DNA of 52,705 nt, filler included, from Streblomastix strix (taxonomy: Eukaryota): the NCBI GenBank assembly GCA_008636045.1. It is 3 parts of 3 records of this genome, joined end to end, with 100 filler letters (N's around TTAATTAATTAA, not from the genome) between each part and the next. Parts side by side here need not be neighbours in the genome. Positions count along the whole stretch, not along the records: positions 1 to 17,518 come from SNRW01000700.1; 2 more parts are not named here. The stretch is one strand, 5' to 3'. Each line of letters starts with the position of its first letter. Within the stretch, counting starts at the first letter, position 1. Shown piece after piece: positions 1 to 12,638 of the stretch. Below the pieces are notes generated by a model. That model worked only from the letters and a program-made list of their open reading frames with translations. It did not search any database and was not told where the DNA came from. Position numbers and translations under genes: made by a program.

Positions 1-358
1 AACACCCTACCAAGGGGGCTTCGCCCCCCTTGACCCCCTCTTTGGACAGGTTGATTCTGATTTTAATTCACTGGCCGTAAGGTCAGTGAATTAAAGTATA
101 TGAACAGCAAAATTTTTTTCCATACTCTCTAAGATAACTAGACCAATTTTGAATTATATAAATATTAATTATTTGAAGAATTACTTATTTATTAATTTGT
201 GTTTATCGTAAATCAAAATTAATGAACCGCAGTGCATCAGAACGAATGGCATAACTGTAGGCAGAAAAGAAAAAAATGAGTAGAGGAAAAGATGATGAAG
301 ACACAATTTGGGTTTTAGACGCGGTTTTATCTTTTGTACAAAGTGAAGATTTCAAATA
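1..358 (+). pseudogene. Diverged partial duplicate of the hairpin array end plus CFAP36 5' region (mirror at 17161-17518)
   Basis: Matches about 3327-3682. Encodes MSRGKDDEDTIWVLDAVLSFVQSEDFK, then joins abruptly to the minisatellite gene. Confidence 0.88.
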
Positions 359-423
359 TTGATAATTGATATAATTTTGATATACATTATTATACGTGAG
401 GCAATTGAGTATTCAATTTTTAT

Positions 424-1905
424 TAATGATTATATTTTGAAAATGATTATTATGACTATAATTAAAGATTAATCTGTTCTAATTATTTATTATATTTTGA
501 TGATGGTTATAACTTTTATAATAAATGATTAATCTGTTCTAATTAAAGATTATACTTTGATAATGATTATTATGAGTTTAATAAAAGATTAATTTGTTCT
601 GTTAATTAATTATATTTTGACAATGATTATAACTATAATAATTAATGATTAATCTCTTCAAATTATTGATTATATTTTGGAGATGATTATAAATATTACA
701 ATTAATGATTAATTTGTTCTGTTAATTGATTATATTTTGATGATGATTATAACTATTAAAATTAATGATTAATCTCTTCAAATTATTGATTATATTTTGA
801 TGATGATTATAACTATTATAATTAATGATTAATCTGTTCTAATTAAAGATTATACTTTGATAATGATTATAACTATAATAATTAATGATTAATCTGTTCT
901 GTTAATTGATTATATTTTGATGATGATTATAACTATTAAAATTAATGATTAATCTCTTCAAATTATTGATTATATTTTGATAATGATTATAACTATAATA
1001 ATTAATGATTAATATGTTCTGTTAATTGATTATATTTTGGTGATGATTATAACTATTATAATTAATGATTAATCTGTTCTAATTATTGATTATATTATGA
1101 TAATGATTATAACTATAATAAATAATGATTAATTTGTTCTGTTAATTGATTATATTTTGATGATGATTATAACTATTATAATTAATGATTAATCTGTTCT
1201 AATTATTGAATATACTTTGATGAAGATTATGACTATAATAATTAATGATTACATTTTGATAATGATTATAACTAATGTAGACTTTTTGATTATTCCGTTC
1301 TAATTAATGTTTAATTTTTTCTGTTAATTTATTATATTTTGATGATGGTTATAACTATTATAATTAATAATTAATCTGTTCAAATTATTGATAATATTTG
1401 GACAATGATTATTATAATTAATGATTAATTTGTTCTGTTAATTAATTATATTTTGACAATGATTATAATTAATAGTTAATCTCTTCAAATTATTGATTAT
1501 ATTTTGAAAATGTTTATAACTATTATAATAAATGATTAATTTGTTCTGTTAATTGATTATATTTTGGTGATGATTATAACTATTATAATTAATGATTAAT
1601 TTGTTCTGTTAATTGATTATATTTTGATAATGATTATAACTATTATAATTAGTGATTAATTTGTTCTGTTAATTGATTATATTTTGACAATGATTATAAC
1701 TATTATAATTAATGATTAATTTGTTCTAATTATTGATTATTATGATTATAATTAATAGTTAATCTCTTCAAATTATTAATTATTTTTGGTGATGATTATA
1801 ACTGTTATAATTAATAATTAATTTGTTCTGTTAATTGATTATATTTTGATGATGATTATTATGAGTATAATTAATGATTAATCTGTTCTATTAATTGATT
1901 ATAGT
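424..1905 (-). repeat. 60-bp minisatellite (left-arm mirror of 15614-17095)
   Basis: Successive 60-nt lines are near-identical, e.g. gttaattgattatattttgatgatgattataactattataattaatgattaatctgttct. Confidence 0.95.
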
Positions 1906-3186
1906 TTAAAAAATATTATGATTAATGTATGTTCTGATTATTCAGTTCTATTTATTGATAATAATTTGATATTTATTATAAAACGTGTTGATATTGAGTA
2001 TTATGATCAAATTATTGATTAAAATTTGATGATGATTATGATTAATGTAGCCATTGATTATTTCGATTTAATTATTAATTATATTTTTATTCAACTATCC
2101 TTGGTCATAAAGGGATGTGTAGTGAATTATCCATTTTGATACTAAAATTTAATTAAAAAATATATAGAATTAAATATTATATCAATATAAAAGTAAATTT
2201 CAAAAATTAAATTTTTTAATAATTTTGAAAAAATATTGGAGTGTGAATTTTTAGATTTTACTATATGCAGTTGAGAGATAATTTTATGTAATATCAAATG
2301 AAATTTATTTAGAATTAAATGAAGTTGATTTATTGGGAAATTAGTTGGAAATTTAGATTTTTGTGCATTTTTCTCTTTTTTTGCATAAAAAGTGAATCAC
2401 TTAAGACATATTGCGAAAATAGATAGTTAAGAATTTATTGTAATATATAATATTTTTGTTAACTCGAAAAACTCTAAATACAGGGATATGAGCGCAAAAT
2501 TCTCCAAAAAAAGTGTTCAAAACACTCTTTTAAGTAGTAAGAAGATTCACGCAAATTACAAATTATTCACTTCAATTTTTTATAAATTATTATTTGCTAT
2601 CATCCTATTAAATATTATATTCACTCTATCAAATATTTATCACGATGAATAAGAATACACCAGCTTTCAGTTTTTTGCCTATATCTGCTGATTAATAAAC
2701 ATTTATAACATTAAATTTAATATAAAACTGTCATTAATAATTATTTTTGATAATTAAATTAAATTCATACTAACTATTTAGCTGCAATTTGTTAATCTCA
2801 ATTTTTTTCGCTCATTTTCACTTTATTTCATTTATTTGTATACTAATTATAATATTTTATTAAAGCTAATTTAATTTTTTAAAGATTTGGTTAATTTTCG
2901 TTCACTATTTACAAAATTTAAATTAGACATGATCCCCTTTTGATTTTTGTCGATTTCCAGCTCATACATATATTTTTGTACAATAAAAACATGAATATAC
3001 TTATTAAATCAACAACTTAACTATATATACAATTTTCTATTCTCAAATATTAAAGGTTGAACTATAAGTGATTTTAGTTTTAATTTCCAAAATAAATTAC
3101 AAATTTTCTAACTGTTTATTGCTTATACAACTTTTATTTTATTTTTTTTTGTAAAAACAGAACATTGCTCCTTTATTTTTATCTTG

Positions 3187-3421
3187 AAAGGGGGCTAAGC
3201 CCCCTTTACACCTGCTTGGGGGGCTACCGCCCCCCCCAAACTCCCTGTCTGGGGCAGCTGCCCCAGACCCTCGCTTGGGGGGCTGTTGCCCCGCAAACAC
3301 CCTACCAAGGGGGACTTCGACCCCCAAACACCCTACCAAGGGGGCTTCGCCCCCCTTGACCCCCTCTTTGGACAGGTTGATTCTGATTTTAATTCACTGG
3401 CCGTAAGGTCAGTGAATTAAA
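3187..3421. repeat. Array of six GC-rich hairpins plus one AT-rich hairpin (mirror 14098-14332)
   Basis: aaagggggc-taa-gcccccttt; ttggggggc-tacc-gccccccccaa; perfect palindrome gtctggggcagctgccccagac (3247-3268); ttggggggc-tgtt-gccccgcaa; gggggac-ttc-gaccccc; caagggggc-ttc-gccccccttg; tttaattcactggcc-gtaa-ggtcagtgaattaaa. Confidence 0.92.
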
Positions 3422-3601
3422 GTATATGAACAGCAAAATTTTTTTCCATACTCGCTAAGATAACTAGACCAATTTTGAATTATATAAATATTAATTATTT
3501 GAAGAATTACTTATTTATTAATTTGTGTTTATCGTAAATCAAAATTTTTGAACCGCAGTGCATCAGAACGAATGGCATAACTGTAGGCAGAAAAGAAAAA
3601 A

Positions 3602-4880
3602 ATGAGTAGAGGAAAAGATGATGAAGACACAATTTGGGTACTCGATGCTGTGTTATCTTTTGTACAAAGTGAAGATTTCAAAACAAAAATCTCAAACTTT
3701 CTTGAGACCCACTGTGCTGAATTTTGTGCTTCAACAGACAATGATAAGCGAATGGCAGAAATATTCGATTAATATTCAGCACTCTACAATTCTGAGATAA
3801 CATGATTATTCCAAGACCTTGGGATGCCACGTGAATAGCTTCGACCTACATGGGACTTCCTTTTATAGAGTGAAGAATTATCGTAAGATATAAGGATGGT
3901 ATCCGAGTTCCTTTCAGCTGAACAGTTTGATGTATTCAGGTTGATGAATGAGTTTTATAATCAACGCCAATTGCACTCTAAGATGCAGCATAACTCAGTT
4001 TGTTTAATATTTATTCATTCATATATGTTATTATATTTCAAATATAAGACAATAACTCCTAATTAGAAATAGGAGTCTGCATAGAATCTGGAACTTGCTG
4101 AATTACGTTTGGCTATTTGCCTGAGTATGGAAATGGAGAAGCGCGTAAAAGAAAGAGAAGATTTTATGCCTCAAGATCCAATATAAGCATCATAACTTAA
4201 ATCAGCAATTCCTGCTCCATATAATGAAATGTCTAAAGATAAAAAAGCATAATAAATTCCATATAAAGAATCTTCTGATATTAAACAAGAAATTTAAGCT
4301 CCTTATAAGACACAATCAGAAATTAATCCAATTAAAGATGCTCCTTATAAATCAAAAGATGGAGTATCATCATCATCAACTATTGCTCCATATTAAAAAT
4401 TATCAGAATAGAATTAATCTTTAAGTGATACAGCAAAAGATGCATTAAATTAAAATCTTTAATTCCAGCCTCCACCATAGAAAGAGAATGAGAAAGATTC
4501 TAAAGAAAGAATTACTGGAATAATTGAATCATCATCTTCTTCTTCTTTATCATAGAAAAGTGATCCATCATAGAAAAGTGATCCAATCAACATATCTGGA
4601 GTATCAACCTCAATAAGTGGAGTGAAAGCATCTCAATTAACTAAACTCACTGTAGAAAAGGCTCATGGTCGTGTTGTACGTCTTAAGAAGATGGAAAGTG
4701 ATTTGTTGAAGCAACTTGAAGAACTCCGTGCTAGATAAGAAAAGGATACTCTGGTATTACTATTTTGTTTATATCCATTTAATAAAACTTATTTTAATTA
4801 TTTAGAAGAATTCTCAGGCCCTTGCTACCAGGATCTAAGAGAAGCGTAAAGCAACTTATGATGCCCAAAAGAAAAAATGA
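3602..4880 (+). CDS. CFAP36: CFAP36/CCDC104-like BART-domain ciliary protein with an internal TGA at 3803-3805 (left-arm copy)
   Basis: Code-6 translation DDEDTIWVLDAVLSFVQSEDFKTKISNFLETHCAEF...FLSAEQFDVFRLM resembles the CFAP36 N-terminus. Later ELAELRLAICLS motif. Introns about 3998-4048 and 4754-4805; TGA stop 4878-4880. Confidence 0.78.
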
Positions 4881-5050
4881 CCTAAGCAAATTAGTAGACT
4901 TGATATTAAATGTAAATTATAAAAAATAAAATATTAATGACATATAGATTAAAATTGATTATTTTTTATTGATCAGTGGTTGTGAAAATCAGAAACTATA
5001 TGTGTTTGAAAATCAGAAGACTATAGATTATAGATGGTAAGACCCTCGTC

Positions 5051-6284
5051 TCACATGAATAGAATTGGGATCATAAGGGTAAGGATAGCAACAAACCACG
5101 AAGCACGATATGTTTATGATGAGCTAATCCACTCAGAAAGATCCTGGGGATATACAAATCCAATAACATCCAATGCAATGGCTTCATCTAATTAAAGCAA
5201 TTAGGATTAGACAAATGGATTAAGATAACCATCTGATAACTTCCAAACACTTCTCAACCATTCTTATCTGCCATCAATAAATGTCTACCACCCTATGATT
5301 GTATTATATAATGATTCATCACCTGTATCTGTAATATTACGCTTAACTAAAACAGGTCCAACACGTGTTAAGAGTTTCTTAAGTATTTCATTAGATACAT
5401 TTTCACCCTATTCAAGAGTGCCTAATCTCCCTCCATGAAATATGTCCTCGTAATCTTTACCTTCTATTGTACAATTAGTTCCTGGACACTCATTGTTAAT
5501 TGGATCATAGTTAGCAACACATAAGTTCTCAACAATTGATGGAACAAAGAAGGCTTATAGAACCTAAGGTTCATCAGTGATTTTGCAGTCGAATATATTA
5601 CCAGTGTTTTCACAAATATTAACTTATGACCCTGTGGAAGTGTATGTATGTGGCATGCATCGGATTTGATATGTATAAGATGGAATGATGTTACGTTTTG
5701 TGAAGAAGTACTATGAATAACTAAGCAGATCAAAAATACCATGTTTGTATATTTCTGAAGTGATACCTTGAGGATTATTCACAGCTGCTCGGAATTTGAG
5801 TTGATATAGTTCGTTGTTCGGGAAAAGCCGAAAATCGGGAACCTCCTCATTAGAAGTGGTGAGAAGAGGTAGAGAATCAAGATCTACATTTTCGTACATA
5901 GTATTACTGTCAATTACCATCTATTTATTCTCATCAATGGTATATTTCAGGAATCGGATGTTTATTGCGTTTGGTTTACGGATATGTATCTGTGATTCAG
6001 TCTCAATAGCAAGTAAAATTGTGCTGAGCAAAAAAATAATCAGAAATTTAGCGAAATACCTGCATATCAACAAAAAAAGCAAAAATAAAAGTAAAAATAA
6101 AAATCTGGGCTGTATTGAACTTTCTAAGATATTTTTATCTATATTCTAAAATCAATTTGAATATTATAATTTTTTTTATAAAGCATACATCAATACTCGT
6201 AGTTTGCAACCAGAATAGTGTTATTAAGTTTATATTTACAGTTATTATAAATTTTATTATTGATATTATTTATTCTGTTAACAT
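5051..6284 (-). CDS. Mirror copy of the degenerate papain-like protein
   Basis: Reverse complement of 11235-12468. Confidence 0.65.
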
Positions 6285-6367
6285 ATAATTTTTCCAACAA
6301 TATTTAAAAATACGTGTGGAAAAAAAGGCATGTTAATTTTCTACTCTTTCAATAAAATCTTCAGTTA

Positions 6368-8557
6368 TCACACTTCCCATAATTTCTTTATGCGCTGAGG
6401 CGGCGGATTGGTTGCAGCAAGTCTAATCCAAAGAGCTTCACTACTTAAATGAATATCAGCATAAGTTATAGGAGCTTGTTCAGTGCAATCTTATATATCT
6501 ACCAGATCAATGCCCAGATTTGCTGATATGTCTTCTAATTCAGCATGAATACCCAAATCTCTATACAATGGAGATTATTTATTCATGTTAATGTTTTATT
6601 CATTAGATGAAAATGGAAGAGAAAAAAGTTAATTGTCTTATAAGTTAACAAACTGAACATTGTTTCTGAATTCATTATCATCCAAAGGAATCGCTTATTC
6701 TGGGAAACGTGATGGGATGTAAAATGGCTTTAAATGTAATTCATTTTCATTGTAAGTCTAAGTATGATTATTTACTTATATTTTTAGATGGGTATCCTTC
6801 ATCATTTATAATTAGTTATTATTATATAATATATTATATCTCTTTAATAATTAAGCATATGAACGAAATTCTTCTTTTCCTTAAGGTGAAGTATTAAGGA
6901 GCCATGCGCATGGAAGTGAATTAAGTTATTAAATCTGTTTTACAGTATTTTATTTGTTAGATGATTGAATTGTGTTATTTAATGAGGACAGTTGCTGAGG
7001 TACTCCAGAAGAAGTTTAATCTTTTCCAATTTCATTGTTAGATTCTTTCTTTTAATTATCAATTAAATCACTAATTTTATTATTTAAGTTCAAATTCAAA
7101 ACACCTTTTTTCCCTTTCCTCAATCTTTTAACAGAAAATGGCTTTGCTTAATATATAATCTTTTATTAATCATCAGATTCAAGAAGGCATTTTGCTAATT
7201 TTGAATTAACTACATACCTTTTTCTACCTTTATTTGTTTTCACTTCATCTTTCTGTTTTACATTCAATATTTTATCTTTGTTTTCTTTCCCTTCAATTCT
7301 TTTCCTTCTTCTTCTTTCATTCTCTCTTCTTTCAAATTGATTATCATTTTCCATTTCTTTTTATTCTTCTTTTTCTCCAACTTTTTCTTTTTCTTTTTAT
7401 CTCAATCTTTTTCTTTCTTTTTCTCTTTCTTTTTCTTCCATTCTATTTCTTTATTCATCCAAATCTTCATCAACTTCACTTTCAGATCCAGAAGGCTCTT
7501 ATTCATCACATTCAACTTCTATTCCTTATAAAATATTAATTAATAACTATTCACCAGGCTGTATATTCATAAATGGGTCATAATTAAGACATTCAACCTA
7601 TCTAAATAATTAGTAGATTCTTTAGATTGATTATTCATATAAAGACAATTATTATATTGATGTGGAAGATGATGACTATGAAGAATGTTTAGAAAATGTT
7701 AAATTGTTTTAAAAAATTTATTTCTTATCTTATTATTCTTCAGATAATTAATAATCTTTAATCATTTATGAATCATTATCTATTTCTTTTTCTTCTTTTA
7801 TATCTTTAATTTACTCAATAATCTATTTTTTATTTACATTATTTTGCAAATTTTTATTATTTTCTCTTCTATTTTTCTCAACTGTTTCTTTAAGATAATA
7901 ATCTTTCTTACAAATTTCTCTCAAATCAACAGATTCTTATATTTCATCAATATCAACTTATTACAAGGTTTCAAAAATTCTCGTTTCTTCTAATTGTCTA
8001 ACCTAATTGATTAAATAATATAATAAAAGAAAGTAAATAATAATTTTGATAATAAAATTAAATATGAAGTTATAGAAATATGTATAAAATTATAATTAAT
8101 ACATAAAGCATAGAATCAAACTTCTTATACAAATCTAACTCCTTGAGACCAATCTTATAAATCAAGAAATTATTCTCCAACGTGCTACAAATGAACATAT
8201 AATTAGTGTTCAGGAATATTCTTAATAGAATATAATTACTAAGAAGACAAAGGATATGCAGATTATGATGATTAAGAAGAAGGAAGAGTCAATGGAGAAT
8301 ATAATAATTGCTATTTTAATAATGAATCAGTTTATTATTTGAGTAAAGAAAATTAAGAATCGTTTCTCTTTTATTCATCTTTCTTTATTAATTCGCTGAA
8401 TTAAAATTTATTCAACCATTAATTAATTATAAATTATTAATACTAATTTGGAATTTTAATAATAAACTAATAATCATTATTTAGTAATTGTATTATTATT
8501 TGATTTGAAGGAACTTTAGGATAAATTGGAATATTGAACGATTATATGTATGAAGAT
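6368..8557 (-). CDS. Mirror copy (partial) of the large hypothetical protein
   Basis: Reverse complement of 8962-11151. Confidence 0.65.
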
Positions 8558-11151
8558 GAAGATGAAGATGAATCTTAGTTTGAATATGATAGAAAGAAGA
8601 GTAAAAATGAAGATAATAAATAGAAAAAGATGAAATAATAATAAAATACATCTTAATAATAACAATCAAAATAATAAGATAAACCAAAAGAAAAGAAAGA
8701 TATATTATAAGAATAGTGTTTATAGCATATAATTAAAGTAGAATTTTTGATTAAGAAATTTAATAAGTATAGTTGGTATAAAACGAATCATATTTATATG
8801 CCTTAACAATTAAATAATTAAATATTATAGATTGATCAAAGAAAATTTTGGGGAATTGAAGGTAAAAAAATAAAAGATGAATAATTATAGCAAGAATAAA
8901 TTTATTTATCTGAATAACTTGAAGGAACTCATAATTAGAATTCAATATCATCTTCATCTTAATCTTCATACATATAATCGTTCAATATTCCAATTTATCC
9001 TAAAGTTCCTTCAAATCAAATAATAATACAATTACTAAATAATGATTATTAGTTTATTATTAAAATTCCAAATTAGTATTAATAATTTATAATTAATTAA
9101 TGGTTGAATAAATTTTAATTCAGCGAATTAATAAAGAAAGATGAATAAAAGAGAAACGATTCTTAATTTTCTTTACTCAAATAATAAACTGATTCATTAT
9201 TAAAATAGCAATTATTATATTCTCCATTGACTCTTCCTTCTTCTTAATCATCATAATCTGCATATCCTTTGTCTTCTTAGTAATTATATTCTATTAAGAA
9301 TATTCCTGAACACTAATTATATGTTCATTTGTAGCACGTTGGAGAATAATTTCTTGATTTATAAGATTGGTCTCAAGGAGTTAGATTTGTATAAGAAGTT
9401 TGATTCTATGCTTTATGTATTAATTATAATTTTATACATATTTCTATAACTTCATATTTAATTTTATTATCAAAATTATTATTTACTTTCTTTTATTATA
9501 TTATTTAATCAATTAGGTTAGACAATTAGAAGAAACGAGAATTTTTGAAACCTTGTAATAAGTTGATATTGATGAAATATAAGAATCTGTTGATTTGAGA
9601 GAAATTTGTAAGAAAGATTATTATCTTAAAGAAACAGTTGAGAAAAATAGAAGAGAAAATAATAAAAATTTGCAAAATAATGTAAATAAAAAATAGATTA
9701 TTGAGTAAATTAAAGATATAAAAGAAGAAAAAGAAATAGATAATGATTCATAAATGATTAAAGATTATTAATTATCTGAAGAATAATAAGATAAGAAATA
9801 AATTTTTTAAAACAATTTAACATTTTCTAAACATTCTTCATAGTCATCATCTTCCACATCAATATAATAATTGTCTTTATATGAATAATCAATCTAAAGA
9901 ATCTACTAATTATTTAGATAGGTTGAATGTCTTAATTATGACCCATTTATGAATATACAGCCTGGTGAATAGTTATTAATTAATATTTTATAAGGAATAG
10001 AAGTTGAATGTGATGAATAAGAGCCTTCTGGATCTGAAAGTGAAGTTGATGAAGATTTGGATGAATAAAGAAATAGAATGGAAGAAAAAGAAAGAGAAAA
10101 AGAAAGAAAAAGATTGAGATAAAAAGAAAAAGAAAAAGTTGGAGAAAAAGAAGAATAAAAAGAAATGGAAAATGATAATCAATTTGAAAGAAGAGAGAAT
10201 GAAAGAAGAAGAAGGAAAAGAATTGAAGGGAAAGAAAACAAAGATAAAATATTGAATGTAAAACAGAAAGATGAAGTGAAAACAAATAAAGGTAGAAAAA
10301 GGTATGTAGTTAATTCAAAATTAGCAAAATGCCTTCTTGAATCTGATGATTAATAAAAGATTATATATTAAGCAAAGCCATTTTCTGTTAAAAGATTGAG
10401 GAAAGGGAAAAAAGGTGTTTTGAATTTGAACTTAAATAATAAAATTAGTGATTTAATTGATAATTAAAAGAAAGAATCTAACAATGAAATTGGAAAAGAT
10501 TAAACTTCTTCTGGAGTACCTCAGCAACTGTCCTCATTAAATAACACAATTCAATCATCTAACAAATAAAATACTGTAAAACAGATTTAATAACTTAATT
10601 CACTTCCATGCGCATGGCTCCTTAATACTTCACCTTAAGGAAAAGAAGAATTTCGTTCATATGCTTAATTATTAAAGAGATATAATATATTATATAATAA
10701 TAACTAATTATAAATGATGAAGGATACCCATCTAAAAATATAAGTAAATAATCATACTTAGACTTACAATGAAAATGAATTACATTTAAAGCCATTTTAC
10801 ATCCCATCACGTTTCCCAGAATAAGCGATTCCTTTGGATGATAATGAATTCAGAAACAATGTTCAGTTTGTTAACTTATAAGACAATTAACTTTTTTCTC
10901 TTCCATTTTCATCTAATGAATAAAACATTAACATGAATAAATAATCTCCATTGTATAGAGATTTGGGTATTCATGCTGAATTAGAAGACATATCAGCAAA
11001 TCTGGGCATTGATCTGGTAGATATATAAGATTGCACTGAACAAGCTCCTATAACTTATGCTGATATTCATTTAAGTAGTGAAGCTCTTTGGATTAGACTT
11101 GCTGCAACCAATCCGCCGCCTCAGCGCATAAAGAAATTATGGGAAGTGTGA
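8558..11151 (+). CDS. Large Gln/Glu/Lys-rich hypothetical protein, 5'-truncated at the fold-back point
   Basis: TGA-free code-6 frame runs from the spacer into the right arm. One intron about 9398-9516 (GTTTGA...TAG). Ends ...LWIRLAATNPPPQRIKKLWEV-TGA; no start codon present. Confidence 0.75.
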
Positions 11152-11234
11152 TAACTGAAGATTTTATTGAAAGAGTAGAAAATTAACATGCCTTTTTTTC
11201 CACACGTATTTTTAAATATTGTTGGAAAAATTAT

Positions 11235-12468
11235 ATGTTAACAGAATAAATAATATCAATAATAAAATTTATAATAACTGTAAATATAAACTTAATAACA
11301 CTATTCTGGTTGCAAACTACGAGTATTGATGTATGCTTTATAAAAAAAATTATAATATTCAAATTGATTTTAGAATATAGATAAAAATATCTTAGAAAGT
11401 TCAATACAGCCCAGATTTTTATTTTTACTTTTATTTTTGCTTTTTTTGTTGATATGCAGGTATTTCGCTAAATTTCTGATTATTTTTTTGCTCAGCACAA
11501 TTTTACTTGCTATTGAGACTGAATCACAGATACATATCCGTAAACCAAACGCAATAAACATCCGATTCCTGAAATATACCATTGATGAGAATAAATAGAT
11601 GGTAATTGACAGTAATACTATGTACGAAAATGTAGATCTTGATTCTCTACCTCTTCTCACCACTTCTAATGAGGAGGTTCCCGATTTTCGGCTTTTCCCG
11701 AACAACGAACTATATCAACTCAAATTCCGAGCAGCTGTGAATAATCCTCAAGGTATCACTTCAGAAATATACAAACATGGTATTTTTGATCTGCTTAGTT
11801 ATTCATAGTACTTCTTCACAAAACGTAACATCATTCCATCTTATACATATCAAATCCGATGCATGCCACATACATACACTTCCACAGGGTCATAAGTTAA
11901 TATTTGTGAAAACACTGGTAATATATTCGACTGCAAAATCACTGATGAACCTTAGGTTCTATAAGCCTTCTTTGTTCCATCAATTGTTGAGAACTTATGT
12001 GTTGCTAACTATGATCCAATTAACAATGAGTGTCCAGGAACTAATTGTACAATAGAAGGTAAAGATTACGAGGACATATTTCATGGAGGGAGATTAGGCA
12101 CTCTTGAATAGGGTGAAAATGTATCTAATGAAATACTTAAGAAACTCTTAACACGTGTTGGACCTGTTTTAGTTAAGCGTAATATTACAGATACAGGTGA
12201 TGAATCATTATATAATACAATCATAGGGTGGTAGACATTTATTGATGGCAGATAAGAATGGTTGAGAAGTGTTTGGAAGTTATCAGATGGTTATCTTAAT
12301 CCATTTGTCTAATCCTAATTGCTTTAATTAGATGAAGCCATTGCATTGGATGTTATTGGATTTGTATATCCCCAGGATCTTTCTGAGTGGATTAGCTCAT
12401 CATAAACATATCGTGCTTCGTGGTTTGTTGCTATCCTTACCCTTATGATCCCAATTCTATTCATGTGA
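11235..12468 (+). CDS. Secreted or GPI-like protein with a degenerate papain (C1A)-like fold
   Basis: Tentative exon 11235-11330, intron 11331-11373, then open frame to TGA 12466-12468. Hydrophobic N-region RFLFLLLFLLFLLIC; motifs ILKKLLTRVGPVLV and TIIGWQ...EWLRSVW; hydrophobic tail WFVAILTLMIPILFM. Start is uncertain. Confidence 0.65.
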
Positions 12469-12638
12469 GACGAGGGTCTTACCATCTATAATCTATAGTC
12501 TTCTGATTTTCAAACACATATAGTTTCTGATTTTCACAACCACTGATCAATAAAAAATAATCAATTTTAATCTATATGTCATTAATATTTTATTTTTTAT
12601 AATTTACATTTAATATCAAGTCTACTAATTTGCTTAGG

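Noticed and set aside
3187..3358. CRISPR-like array
   Set aside because: No identical repeats with unique spacers of about 30 nt, no cas genes, and a eukaryotic context.
3139..3359. Gly/Pro-rich ORFs in the track (also 14160-14380)
   Set aside because: They are by-products of the GC hairpin array, open on both strands, with no protein-like features.
7234..7539. Phe-rich 'membrane protein' ORFs (also 9980-10285, 31509-31770)
   Set aside because: Antisense shadows of Lys/Glu-rich coding sequence.
9398..9403. Apparent extra in-frame TGA in the large hypothetical gene
   Set aside because: It lies within a GTTTGA splice donor; phase-0 splicing to 9517 removes it.
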